Of a stretch of 64,000 nucleotides of DNA, positions 38,372 to 51,533 are shown piece after piece. The stretch's first letter is position 1. Each line of letters opens with the position of its first letter. The DNA is from Camelus ferus (taxonomy: Eukaryota), in the NCBI RefSeq assembly GCF_009834535.1, contig NC_045696.1:51276001-51340000 (forward strand). The letters are read 5' to 3'. The translations under genes and the position numbers were made by a program. The notes beneath the pieces are model-generated. The model saw only the letters and a list, made by a program, of their open reading frames with translations. It was not told where the DNA came from and made no database searches.

Positions 38372-39425
38372 AGGTCACTGTGGGAGACCTGTGAGTGGCT
38401 ATCTTACTGCTGCACTCGACAGGCTATCCTGTCAGGGTCACAGGGACATTAAGCCACCACTCGGACCACCAGTGACCATGCTGCTGCAGGTGGTACTTCC
38501 TGTCATCACTACTGTGGCCCCCTCTTTGAAGAATGCAGCATTTCCAGGTCCAGGGGAATTGCAGGTAACAAGACTCTTTCCCAGGGGGCAGTCAGTCTTG
38601 ACCCTGAACCACTTCTTCCTGAACATGGAGGACTTTGTCATGGGCTTATCCCTGCGGGATTCTTCTAGTTCCTTTATCTTAAAACTGGTGTCACAGGACT
38701 TATCTTGTATTTTCTATCCAAATAAATATATGTGATTCCCTAGAGACCTTTTCTATCATATCAAACAGTAGGTTTGCTCATCTATGTAATGAGAAAATAT
38801 GGTCCCTCTGTTGTACAATTTGCTAATAAACTCAAAGAGCAAAAAACTGCCCACCTAGAAGAGATGAAGCAGGCTTCCATCAAACTCATCCAGGATGCAA
38901 CGGATTTGGAAAATTCACAGCAGGCACTGGTTCAGAAGTGTCATTATCTTCTTGATGGTCAGAAGAATAACACCGCTATGGCCTTGGAGATTGCTAACTG
39001 GTAACAACTATATAAAGTATACAAGGAGGTAAAGAATCGCCTGTGCAGAAAATGATGTATCAAAAAGAATACGACCACATGATAAACTGGGTAGAGAAAC
39101 ACCTTGCGCAGAGCATCTTTGCCCAGAAGCAAAAGAAGACAATTAGCAAGTGCATTTTAGATCTAAAGCTGCTTGCAAGGAAAGCTCAAACACAGCCAAT
39201 CTATAAATGCATCTATCTCATTTGAGGCAGCTACAAACAGTTGATTTATAAAATGGAAACTAGTCCATGTGACAAAATCATTTTGTCTATTATTATAGAC
39301 TGAAGTTACATTTTACCTTTCCAAAAAAAGAAAAGATTTGGCCTTGATACAGTAAGAGAAATAGAACAACCTATTAGCTAGTAATGTATTTCTCATCCTT
39401 CTTGCTCTGTATAAGCAGTTTGCTT
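38372..39425 (+). pseudogene. ATP5PB: Processed pseudogene of ATP synthase peripheral stalk subunit b (ATP5PB/ATP5F1)
   Basis: Intronless, ATG at 38478. Fragments PSLKNAAF.GPG.LQ.TR, KYGP.V.QFANKL, SQQALVQK.HYL, HMINWVEKH, DLKLLARKAQ. Stops (TAG 38666, TAA 39002) and frameshifts; UTR-like flanks. Confidence 0.93.
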
Positions 39426-41086
39426 CCAGCAAGAACAAAGCTGGACAGACAGCAAATTTGTGACTTTTTCTGAACCAATCAGAGAACTGAAGCCATCCCC
39501 AAATCTGGAAACAGGCACCTTCAGGGAGACACAACACCTAAACATTTGAGTATCTGAGGCAGAAGCTATCCTACACCACGAGCCAGTAAGATGATTAAAT
39601 TTTGGTGACTTGCTGCAAGCCAAGGGTGGGCAGGCATGAGAAGGGTGAAGTTCCTAGGGGTCACAGTCATAGGGAAATTCCCACCTTTTTGCTCTAGAAA
39701 TCCACAAGGCTCTCACAGAGAGAATCAGGGAAAATCCAGAGTTCCCACTGTGGTTCTGGTTGGCAGAAAGCAACACCAACCACTGAAAAATCTGCCCAGA
39801 CTCTTTTCTCTGGCTTCACCTGCAAGCAGCATCACGTGAAAGCACTAGTGTAATGCCACTCCAGCTGGAGGAAGGGAACTCTGCCTAGACTAGCTTCCGT
39901 ATCTCACCTAAGTGAAGGAGGAACCTCACAGAGGGAAGAGCTTTAAGGTCACAGACTGAGACACTGGATACTGAAAGGAGGGAACACAGGGCCAGGGAAA
40001 GGCTCTATCTCTAGAGAGCAGCAGAAATTCTTCTGAATGCCCAATACGGTGCACTCCAAAGAGTGAGACTTAATCAGAACGTTAGAGAATGCTCCCCTCA
40101 TCCACAGCCCACCAGCACACTAGCAAACCTCTAGTAGTAACAGTGGAGTACAGCTGAAGAACTGCAAGAGAAAGACTCGTTCTGGGGACCAGCAGAAAGA
40201 AAGACCTACAGCCAAAAGAGGAGACAAAAAAAAAAAATCACTAGCAAAAACTGAAGTCTATGATGCCCATAGCAACAACAAACCTCAACAATGGTAACCA
40301 CAGAAACAACAACCTCCAACATAGCCCAACTCCTGGCTAGATTAACACAAATCTCCACTACTAATGGCTCATTTATCTCAGTTTCTATTGCCCTGTACAA
40401 TATGTCTGGCTTTCAACAACAACAAAAATAAGATATCAAAAGACAAGAGATAAACATAGTCTGAAAAGATAAAGTAACCATCAGAACAAGACTCAAATAT
40501 GACAGAGATGTTGGAACTATCAGAGAGGAAGTTTTACATAACTTACGATAATATTAAAGACTCCAGTGGAAAAGGTGGTCATCATTTAAGATCAGATAGG
40601 TAATTTTACCAGAGACATGGAAACTATAATAGTCAAATGAAAATGCTAGAAATCAAAAACACATGGTAACCAAGAGGGCCTTCAATGTGCTTATCGCTAG
40701 ACTTGACACAGCTGAGGAAAGAATCACGTAACTTGAAGTTAGGGCAATAGAAATCACACAAACTGAAACGCAAAGAGAAAAAAAAGAGTGAAAAAAACAA
40801 CAGAGCATCCAAGAGCTGTGGGACAATATCAAACAATGTAATACAAGCATAACTGGAATCCGAGAAGGAAAAGGAAAAAAATGAGACGGGTAAAGCATTT
40901 CAAGAAATAATGGGTAAATAAGTCCTAAAGTTACTGTGAGACACAAAACCACATACCCACGGAACTTAGAGATCACCAAGAAGGGAAAACAAACAAACTA
41001 CACCTAGACATCATATTCAATCTACTAAAAAACAAAGACAGAAAAAATCTGGAAGGCAGCTGAGAGGAAAAACCCATGTTACCTAC

Positions 41087-41487
41087 TATTATGAACTTAA
41101 TGTTTGTGTTCCCCTCCAGATTCATATATTCATGCCCTAACCCCCACCCTGACTACGTGTGGCTGTACTTGGACATGGGGCCTCTAAAGAAGTAATTAAG
41201 GTAAATGAAGTCCTGCAGGGTGGGATTGTATCCTTATAAAAGAGACACCAGAGAGTTGACATACTCTATCTCTCCATCTGTGTGCATGCACTGCGGAAAG
41301 GACATGGGATGATGTGGTGAGAAGGTGACCTACTATATACCAGAAAAAGCGCTCTCACCAGAAACCAACAATGCTGGCACCTTGACCTTGGACATCCATC
41401 CTCCAGCACTGTGAGAAAATTAATTTCTGTTGTTTAAGCCACCTGCTCTGAGCTATTTTGTTATGGCAGCCTGAGCAGACTAAGATG
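41087..41487 (+). mobile_element. MaLR solo LTR nested in L1 ORF1, with 5-bp TSD CCTAC
   Basis: cctac at 41082-41086 and 41488-41492; MLT/MST motifs (atgctggcaccttgaccttggac, ttatggcagcctgagcagactaa). Confidence 0.88.
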
Positions 41488-42750
41488 CCTACAAAGGAAC
41501 AAAGATAAGAATTAAAGCAAACTTCTTGCCAGAAACCAGACAAACAAAAAGACAACAGAGTCACATTTTAAAAATGTTGAAAGAAAAATAACTGTAACCC
41601 AGAATTCTTTACCTAGTAAAAATATCCTTCAAAGGTGAAGGAGAAATAAAGACTTCCTCAAACAAACAAAACTAAGGGAATTCACTACCAGTAGACCAAC
41701 ACTATAAGAAATGTTAAAGGACGTTCTTTAGGTAGAAGGAATACAATATAGTTAAAAACTCAGATCTACGTAAAGAAATAAAGAGCATCAGAAATGGAAG
41801 AAATGAAGTAAAATATAATTTTCAGCTTATTTTTAATTACACTAAAATATAACTGTTTAAAGCAATAACAGTAACAAGATGATGGGTATTTATAGTATAT
41901 ATGAAAGTAAAATATATGACATATATGACAATAATGGTGACCACACTCAGTCTTCCCCTTGAGATCTGAAATAAGGCAAGGATGCCTTCTCTCATTACTA
42001 TTCAACCTTGCACTGGAAGTCCTAGCTAATGTAATAAGGCAAGAAAAAGAAAGAAAAGTATACAGACTAGAAAGGGAGAAATAAAACTGCCTTTATTGGC
42101 AGACAACATGGTGCTCTATGTAGAAAATTCCAAAAAGTCTATTAAAAAAAAACCTCTTAGAACTAATGAGTTTATCATGGTTGCAGGATACAAGGTCAAC
42201 ATACAAAAATGAATTGTGTTCCTACCTACTAGCAATGAATAAACAGAATCTGAAATTTTAAAAAGACACTATTTACAACAGCATCACAAAAAGAAGTACC
42301 TGGGTATAAATCTAACAAAATATATATAAGATGTGTGGAAAGCTACAAACATAGCTCATAAACAGATCAAAGATCTAAATAAATGGAGAGCTATACCATG
42401 TTTACAGATTAAAGACTCGATGTTGTAAAAATGTCAATTCTCCCAATTTGATCTACAGATTCAATATGATCCCAGTCAATCACAACATGGTGCCAAATGT
42501 AGCAAGCTTTTTTGTACATATTGACAAGATTGTTCTAAAACTTACACAGAAAAATCAAGAAACCAGAATAGCCATATTCCGAAAAAGAATAAAGTGGGAA
42601 AATTCACACTGTGAGATTGTAAGATTATAAAGCTACAGCAATCAAAGACAATGTGGCATCAGCAAAGGACTACACACAAAGATCAACAGAACAGAACAGA
42701 GCCCCCAAAAAGACCCACACAAATGTAGTCAACTGATTTTTTTAAAAAGA

Positions 42751-42834
42751 TTTATTTATTTATTTTAATGGAGGTGCTGGGGATTGAACCTAGGACTTCA
42801 TGCATGCTAAGCACACACTCTGCCACTCCCTCTC
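42751..42834 (-). mobile_element. Vic-1-like tRNA-Ala SINE nested in L1
   Basis: gaggtgctggggattgaacctaggac...; flanks caactgattttt / caaatgattttt resemble a TSD. Confidence 0.8.
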
Positions 42835-43879
42835 AAATGATTTTTGACAAAGGTATAAATGTAATTCAACAGAGAAAAGACAGCTTTCTAAACAAATAAT
42901 ACTGGACAATTGGATGTCTATATGCAAAAATAAAAACAAAAACATGACACATACTTTACACCTAATGTAAAAATTATCCCCAAATGTACAATAAACCTAA
43001 AAGTATAACATAAAGCTATAAAAACTTCTTGAAGAAAACATAAGAGAAAATCTGAGTGACTTGGGTTTGATAATTAGTTTTTGGATATAACACTAAAAGC
43101 ATATCCACTGAAAGAAAAAAATTCAATAAATTGGACTTCATCAAAATTAAACCTCTTCCTCTGTGAAAATCACTGCTAAGTGAATTAAAATACAAGCCCC
43201 AAACTGGAGAAAATATTTACAATCACATATCTAGTAGAGGACTTGGTCTGGAATATATAAAGGACCCTTAAAGGCCAGCAATAAGAAAATAACTCAAGTG
43301 AAAAATGGGCAAAAGATCTGAACAGACACTTTACCATATAAGACACAGAGACAGCAAGTAAACAAATAAAAGGATGCTCAACATTATTTGTTGTTTGGTA
43401 AATGCAAATAAACACCACAGTAAGATACCACTCACTACACACCTATTAGAATGGCTAAAATGCAAAAATAATTAAAAATTGCTGGCAAGGATGCTGGGAC
43501 AAGAGGAACCTTCTGGTGGGTATGTGAAATGGAAAAGCCACTTTGGAAGAGAATTTGGCAGTTAACTATAAAGTTAAACATAGACTTAGCACACTACCCA
43601 GCAACCACACTTCTAGGTATTTACCTAAATTAGCTGAAAACTTACGTCCAAACAAAAACCTGTATGTGAATGTTTGTAGCAGCTTAATTCATAATTGCTA
43701 GGACCTGGAAGCAATATCAACAGAGAAATAGAGAAAGTATTCCAGAATAAAAAGGCTGTTTTTAAAAACTGGCCTTCAACATATAAATAAAAAGATTTTG
43801 AAGGATTCTGAGTAATGAGTTGAAAATACTCATGATAAAATCTTAGATGAAAAAAGAAGCTTAAAAACTACATCTACCA

Positions 43880-44000
43880 GGAGGAAGGTATAGCTCAGTG
43901 GTAGAGTGCATGCTTAGCATGCGAGAGGTCCTGGGTTCAATCCCCAGTACTGCCATTAAATAAATAAATAAACCTAATTACTTCCCCATCCCCTCCCCCA
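43880..44000 (+). mobile_element. Vic-1-like tRNA-Ala SINE
   Basis: A box tagctcagtgg, B box ggttcaatcc, AGC anticodon remnant, aaat tail; TSD-like aaaactacatctacc / aaaactatatacacc. Confidence 0.88.
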
Positions 44001-44469
44001 AAACTATATACACCTACACACACAAATTATCAACTTAACTATTAAAAGACAGCATTGCACAGAGAAAAAGAACAGAAGTAGGTATTCTAAGATTTTAAGA
44101 GTAGTTACTTCACTCCTGAGTTCATAGGTATTTTTTCCATCTTTTTTATATTTCCCCAATGTTCTACAATGAACATATATGAGAGGGGAAACTTTTTATA
44201 CTGTTTATTTTTAAAATTGTCTCACTGCTTTACAGTAGCATGACCCGAAATTACTGAGTGGTCTATAAAAAGGGTTCTGTGGTCAGATATGTGTGGCTAC
44301 TTGGCACACTGTGTCTCTCTTCTGGAAACTCCTGATTCCTGGTAGGATGCTGAAGGTTCTGAGAAATCAGCTAATAAAGAATCTTGTTTAACATGGCATT
44401 AACCAGCATTTAGCAAAGTTTTTTGACCACAGGACTTTTATTTTCTCAAAACAACTTAGTATCTCAGGA

Positions 44470-46009
44470 ATGCCAGAATGGTGGAAAGGCCTTTTGAAGA
44501 CTCAGCTTCAGCACCAGCTAGATGGCAATACCTTGCAGGTCTGGGGTAAGATTCTTCAGAAGGCTGTATATGCTCTGAGTCAGCATTCAATATACATGGT
44601 GCTCTTTTTCTCCCACAGCCAGTATTCATGGGGGCCAGGAGTCAAGGGGTGGAAATGGGATTGGCACCACTCACTACTATTAGCAAAATTTTTGCTTCCT
44701 TTTCCTTTAATGTTTCTGTTGGCCTAGAGGTCTTGGTTCCCAATGGGGAAAAGCTTCTACAAGGAGACACAACAATGTTCAATTGAACTGGAAGTTACAA
44801 CTGCCACCTAGTCATTTTAGGCTCCTCATACATCTGAATCAACAGATAAAGAAGGAAGTGCTGGCTGGCGTGATTGGTCCTGACTACTAAGGGAAGACTG
44901 GACTACTGCTCCACAATAGAGGTGAGGGAGACGATGCCTGGAATACAGAGGACCCCTCAGGGTATCTCTTAGTACTACCATGCCCTGTGATTAAGGTCAA
45001 AGGAAAACTACAACCCAATCCATGCTGGCCTACTAACTGGTCCAGACCCTTCAGGTCCCCCCACGCCTGGCAGAGATGCTTGCTGAAGACAAAGGATAGG
45101 GTGGGGAGTGGAAGAAGGTAATTATAAATACCAGCTACACCCACTTGACCGGTTACAGAGCTGAAGACTGTAATTGTCATGAGTATTCCCTTCCTATTTT
45201 GCAACGAATATGTTTGTGTGTATACAAATCTTTGTTTCCTTTCCTCTCTTATTGTCTAATCATGTAACATAAGATGTACTGACTCTGTGTCATGGTATTT
45301 AAGTATTGTTAATTTCACATCATAACATTTAAGTTATGGGATACAAGGGGAAGAATAAACATCATTCAAGGAATTTACCTCCTCTTCCAGGAAAGGGGTT
45401 AGTTCATTTTTGGTTGTATCCTGGGTAGCTGTATCATATTAGGCGGAATAATCACTTTGTTGTTGTCTTTATTTGGAGACCAGGTACAGTTTAAGGAGAT
45501 GTGTATGGGTGCCAAGTTGATAATGGCTGCTTGTGATTTTAATTTTATGTGTCAACTTGACTGTGCCAACATGGTGCCCACATTAAACATTTCTGAGTGT
45601 GTGTGAGGGTGTTTCCAGATGAGATTAGCCTTTGAATCCATGGACTCAGTAAAGTAGACTGTCCTGCCAAATGTGTACTGGCATTATCAAATCCTTGAGG
45701 GCCTGAAGAGGGCAAAAAGGCAGAGAAGAGAGGAATTTGCTTGTTTTATGCTTCCCGGCTGCCTGCTGAGCTGGGACATTGGTCTTCTCCTGCCCTGAAC
45801 TGGGATTTATACCATCAGCTGCCCTGGTTTCAGGCCTTCGGACTTGGACTGGAACTACACCTCTGGCTTTCCTGGGTCTCCAGCTTACAGATAGCAGATC
45901 CTGGGACTTCTCAGCCTCCATAAGCCTATGAGCCAGTTCTTCATAATAAATCTCTTCCTATACATACAGCTTATTGGCTCTGTTTTTCTGGAGAACCCTG
46001 ACTAACACA
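44470..46009 (+). mobile_element. ERVL fragment: degenerate pol 3' region plus MLT2-like 3' LTR (45532-46009)
   Basis: ORF WWKGLLKTQLQHQLDGNTLQVWGKILQKAVYAL is ERVL integrase-like; LTR tgtga..ttttatgtgtcaacttgac...ggagaaccctgactaacaca. Confidence 0.85.
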
Positions 46010-46193
46010 ATTTCCAATTCAAATCTCTTTTCTATGAAAATATCTCTAATTTCTCCAAAATCCTCATGGATCTAGTCCTGTGTGAACTTCTTGTCCTCTT
46101 TTGGTCTCTGGGAGGCACAAGACAGGTGTATATTTTTAGATCTTACCTTCCTTTCTACCTAGATTTAATAACCTTGAAAGTAAGAATTTTCTC

Positions 46194-46793
46194 CAATGTT
46201 CATAGCAGCACTATTTACAACAGCCAAGACATGGAAGCAATCTAAATGTCCATTGACAGATGACTGGATAAAGAAGTTACGGCATACCGATACAATGAAA
46301 TACTGCTCAGTGATTTAAAAAAAAGAGTAAAATAATGTCATTTGCAGCAACATGGATGGACCTGGAGATTGTCATTCTAAGTGAAGTAAGCCAGAAAGAG
46401 AAAGAAAAATACCATATGATATTACTCATATGTGGAATCTAAAAAAAAAAAAAAAGGAAAAAAGATGACACTAATGAGCTCACCTACAGACTCAAAGAGA
46501 TAGTAAAAGTAAACAATCTATGGTTACCGAGGGAAAGGGGGTGGGAAGGGATAAATTTGGGAGCTTGTGATTTGCAAATGATAACCTCTCTATATAAAAA
46601 TAGATAAAAACCAAATTTCTTCTGTATAGCACAGGGAATTATATTCAACATCTTGTAATAATAACCTTTAATGAAAAAGAATATAAAAACAAAAACATGT
46701 ATATATATGCATGCATGACTACGACACTATGCTGTACACCAGAAACTGACCATTGTAACTGACTATACTTCAAAAAAAAATCATGAAAAAGAA
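46194..46793 (+). mobile_element. 5'-truncated L1 with perfect 12-bp TSD AAGAATTTTCTC
   Basis: TSD at 46182-46193 and 46794-46805; L1 3'UTR motifs and A-rich tail. Confidence 0.92.
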
Positions 46794-47278
46794 AAGAATT
46801 TTCTCTCTTATTTCTTCTGTATTTTCTTCCATTTGTTCATTCATCTACTCATTCAGTACGCTTTCTGAGTTCCTATGATATGCCAGGTGCATTTCTAGCT
46901 AATACAACAGTGAGCAACATCAGAATGCTCCCTTTACTCTTAAGGAGGTTACAGTCTATTTGCGGATTCAGAAATGAATAAAACAACAAAGAAACAGATA
47001 CATAACTATAAGCCCCGGTAATGCTTTGAAGGAAATAGACTCTGAGTCCTAACCTAACCTTGCGTATTGAGGAGGGTGGGGCAAGGCAGGAAAGGCTAAT
47101 CATGTTGAGCTAAGATCTGAGGAAAGAGTAGGTTTTCATTAAGTAGGTAGAGAAGAGGGGGGAGGTGAGAGAAGAGTGTTCTAGACAGAAGTTCTCAGGA
47201 GGGAAGGTGCACAGGACCACAGTATTGCACACAACAGGCTTCAAGGAGCAGGCGACTGAGCAAAGAGACAATACTAAC

Positions 47279-47380
47279 CATTTTCTTCAGTCTTTTCTCC
47301 TCTCGTTTTTTCTCAAGCTGAGCCTCCTTTTCTTCTGCTTCTCTTTTCTGACGCTCCTCCTCTTGGGCTTTTAACTGGGC
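47279..47380 (-). CDS. CCDC191: CCDC191 coding exon
   Basis: AQLKAQEEERQKREAEEKEAQLEKKREEKRLKKM; donor ATG|GTTAGT. Confidence 0.93.
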
Positions 47381-48105
47381 CTGATCAAGATTAGAATTTG
47401 TAAAAATCAGAACCCTCTCGTATTGTATGGAAATAAGATCTTTTACGCTGAGGGAAGTATCTACAAAAGTGCTTACCCAGTCTCTGGAAGAAGCCTGCAC
47501 TTTGTATTAAACGTAGAAAACCTGACCTATAACTTAAATGTTTCTCCAAAAGAATCCTTCTCTACTTGGGAAGATGACACTAAACATGAATAAGACCATT
47601 AACTTTCCATCATAAAATGGTTACTTTTTAGTTCTTATTTTCATCTGTGAAACACTAGATCCAAACTATATACAGTATAAGAAAAAATTTCCTTCCATTT
47701 CACACACACACAAAAACCCCCTAACTGTTAGAAATGTTTATTTTTTCTTAGAAGGTACAACATTTACTTCTGGTAGTCCGGGTCAAAACTTTGAAAGGTA
47801 AGAATTACCCACGTTTGTAAACTTATCACGTTGAACACCTACCTATAACACGTTAGTATTGGTTATGCATAAATCTTCCAAGTTGCTGGCTCCCATCGAC
47901 TTTCGTCGCATTTCCTTCCTGCTATACTAATGATGCTGACGTTTCCCCTTTCATCACAGAGCTCAGGCCAGGAGGCAAAGAGCCATTTCCAAAGCTGGTG
48001 TTACTCTACTGCCTTAGCAACCTTAAAACAAGCTAGGTCTTATTTTTTAATAAAGACCTATACAAATCCTTTTTCTTGCCTCAGTTTGCATTCTTGACTT
48101 ATTAC

Positions 48106-48188
48106 CAATTTCTCCTCTTCTTGTTTTTTCTTCCTCTCTGCCAAGATCCGCCTACGTTCAGCTCGCTGAACTGCTCTCTCTTCCATTG
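48106..48188 (-). CDS. CCDC191: CCDC191 coding exon
   Basis: (A)MEERAVQRAERRRILAERKKKQEEEKL; ttttctag acceptor; GTAATA donor; phase 1-0. Confidence 0.92.
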
Positions 48189-50190
48189 CTAGAAAATAGT
48201 AACAGAGTTCCAATATAAAAAATATAAGGAACACTGTAAAAGAAACTTCTCCATTTTACAGAACAGTTTAGTGTTACTGTTGAAGTCTTCTTTTAGGTTG
48301 AGAGTTCACAATCTCAGAAACATATATGTGTGTGCATAAAATTTATATAAAAATATAAATGTAGAAATTGTAGGTATACACATACACACCTCCTACAGGT
48401 TAAAGACCTACAATCCTATCCTCCACAATGATGAACAATTTGCAATTATGTTTTTGTTCACATCTATTAGAATAACCGTTTACTGCTTTAAATATTAAGA
48501 TTATGTGTCTTGATGATACTTTTAGTATGTGAAACCCAGAAACCAGAATTTTAACTTGATAGTTCCTTTAATGAAAATAGAAAACTTTAATTACATCTAA
48601 CAAATACTTTGAGAATAGAATCACTCCTCAAATCCCACTGAGTTTGCTACTTTTCCCTAAGTCACTGCATATATATATATATATATATCTGTATATGCAA
48701 CAACCACCACCACCAAACTGAAGTTTGGGGTCATGACGATTACATTTCAAACTAGTTTTAAGGCTTGGATATCCAGATGGGCAGGAAATGGAATTGTGTT
48801 AGGCATCTGAGAACTGGCATCTGAATGAATTTGAGTGTCAGACTCCTGTTCTTGACAGTCTATTAAATATCGATCCAAAAGAAGCAAATGTGCAAGATGG
48901 CCTGATAATATGACTCTGTCATCAGTTGGGGTTTCACAGGCAGAGGGGCGTGGGTGGGAGGGGTACCAAGTTCTGCTCCCGTAAGTCAGCCAATGGTTAC
49001 TTTCAGTTCCTTGTGCTAATTTACAGAGAGGAAAATTTAAGTCCAAGTTTCAAGAAATAATCAAAAAACTTGCCAGGCTATTTCTTACAGATATTAAGTG
49101 TCTACTTTGCTGGAGAAAGAACAGTGGGGGTGCCACAGATGGCAGGAATGAGACGGTCTCTGGAGGCAGAAATAGACTAGAGGATTAAACTGCGAGAGCC
49201 CTGAAAAGCAGAGTCTGTAGCAATATGACTTTTTCTCACCTTTCCTAGAGCTAGTCATCAAAGACTACTTGAAAAGTAGCCTGGTGTTCCAAAATTTACT
49301 AACTCTTTGATCAATCAAGTATAAAAAAAAATCACACCAAACTGAGCATTTCCTGACCATCCTCAGTGGTGGGCAAAGATGGCATAAACTGCTGAATCTT
49401 GGCAGAGAGTCAATACAAAGCATGCTAATTTCTTCACTAATAGGAATGGACTTCAGGCACAGTGTCCTCATCACTTCCTGTTAGGGCAGCAATCTTGCCA
49501 TAGGTTAAAAATCATATTTACAAACCACAGTATAACAGTGAAAGTGCCTACCACTACATATAAACAAATGTTCAGTGCATGGCTAAGTACATAGTGAGAA
49601 CAATTAGCAGATTCACTAGGTGGGTTCTGAGGAATGCTTTTCTTCTCATAGTACTGTTTGGTTTAATAAGGATTTCTATGCACATCAAAAATGTTCTTAA
49701 AATGTCTGGCTTGTAGATTTCATTTCAAAAGCCTATCATCAAGGCACAACTCATGACAAAATGATGTAATTACTTGATGTGGATTGCTGTAAACTGGTCA
49801 ATATTTTAACATTCACAAAATACAATGACAGGTGATCTTTATCAGTGTTTATTCTTAGCAGCTACTCAGTTTTCTCATTTGTGTAATTTGCCCTTTTTTA
49901 ACTCACGTCCAAATCTCAAATTATACAAAAATTATAAAGCCTTTCAGCGTGTTTGTTTTTTTGTTTCTTGTTTTTTGTTTTTTTGTTGGCTGGAAAGGAC
50001 AAAAAATTTGGCAGAAAGGGCAGGAAGAAAGTCATGGTGCTCTCTGGTGTATCCACTCCTCACATGTCTACTCATTTTAGACTTTGACCGAGTTCTGCCA
50101 AGTCTCCAAACCCAAGAAGGTTCAGTCCCAGCACATTCTACTCCAGGAGGAAAGATAACCATCCCCAAGGCCCCACCAAGATAGCCCTGC

Positions 50191-50303
50191 CTTTCAGTAT
50201 GGGGTGAGGTGCCATCAGCTGCCTCCGGTTCCTTCTGGGTCCAGAAAGAGAATTTCGGGAGTCACTTCTACCACCTTCAGTCCCAGGGGAAGCAACAGGT
50301 GAA
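50191..50303 (-). CDS. CCDC191: CCDC191 coding exon with a GC donor
   Basis: (N)SPVASPGTEGGRSDSRNSLSGPRRNRRQLMAPHPILK; strong acceptor; AAG|GCAGGG supplies the phase 1 needed by the next exon. Confidence 0.85.
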
Positions 50304-51084
50304 CTGGGAAAAAAAAGGGAAAAGAATTTAGACCAATCACCAGCTCATTCAAAGTCCTTGCACCTGAGGAACTCAAAGCATGTTACAAACTTTAATTAAT
50401 CCTTACTCTCTGAGAGTATTATTATACCCATTCGATAAATTAGTATAATAAGGCATGGAAAGGTTGAGTGATTGGCCTGAATCTACAATGTGAGTCAGGC
50501 TTTCTGACTCCCATCCCATTGCTTCAAATCAATAGGTACCACCCACTTCTTATCCTCTCATACATATCGAGTATGTCACAAGTACCTCTAAAACCATCTT
50601 CAGTGGCTTTTGAGAAATTTGGGCTCTTATTTTAGGCTCAAAGATGTTTACTTTTAATCAAAACAACTACAAACTTAAGTGAGGTAATTGGCCATCCCCA
50701 AGGGCTGCTCCATTTGGACCTGATATTGTCCGACCTGGCTTCTCAGCCCTAAATATAATCAGAAACTCAGAAATCAAGTTAGAGCAAGTAAGCATTTTTC
50801 TTTTTTACTGGAGGAATAGTGACAGAACTCCTTAGACAAAGGGAGCCACAATGCAAATGCTAACTGTACAACTGGATCCTTATAAGCAGCCCCTTGCCTT
50901 AAATACTTGTTTGTCCCTGTCATACCAATCGCAATGTATGAGACTTCTGTTTTGTGACTGCACAATAAAAGAAAAGGAGAGATTGTGGATTCTGGAAGCT
51001 GGGCAAAGTTCAGGAGCCTTTTGACCACAAAGTGGAAAACCCCAAAGAATGAGTACCAAGAGTGTTCTGACACAACGGACATAC

Positions 51085-51533
51085 TTTGGAAGCACCTGGC
51101 AGGTTCTTTTTGGTTCCTCTTCTCCTCTCGGGCGTGACAGCAGGCAGCTCTGGGTGTCAGCATGCTCTGCTGCCCACCGAGCCTCTGCCAGCCGCTGGCT
51201 TTCCTTCAACTCCAGAATTGTTTTCTGCTGTTCCTGGAGTTTCTTCTTCTGCTTTTCAATCAGCTGTTGCTGGAAGATATGGCGGTTGTGGAAATGACCC
51301 ATGCAAATAGGTTCTGCTTTCTGGCTGCTGGTTCTGAGCTTCTCGTTGCTGCCAGGCCGTTGGGAGGGCTCAACGTCTAGGGTCTCGAGCGGCTTATCGT
51401 CAGATGTATCCAGACGGACATTCTGGAGGGGAACCTGCAAGACACTCTTTGCTGATCTTCCCAGGTCAGGGCTAGACATACAACCACTGCTCCCTGAGGC
51501 AGGCTTTTCCCACAAAGAGGGCACGGCAGCCAC
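51085..51533 (-). CDS. CCDC191: CCDC191 coding exon
   Basis: VAAVPSLWEKP...HFHNRHIFQQQLIEKQKKKLQEQQKTILELK...TCQVLP; donor AA|GTATGT. Confidence 0.93.

Larger units (their letters stand above)
39426..43720 (+). mobile_element. Old L1 with 5' region, ORF1 and ORF2 3' part; interrupted by an LTR and a SINE
   Basis: ORF1-like gagctgtgggacaatatcaa and cccagaattctttacc; ORF2-like aggcaaggatgcc.ctctca from about 41950. Confidence 0.8.

Noticed and set aside
43880..43956. Apparent tRNA-Ala(AGC) genes (also at 8161, 42751, 62227)
   Set aside because: Mismatched stems, a shared non-tRNA tail, A-rich ends and TSD-like flanks identify them as SINEs
50600..50770. Possible extra CCDC191 exon after a minus-strand TTTAG acceptor at about 50749
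   Set aside because: The neighbouring exons already join in frame and no convincing coding similarity was seen
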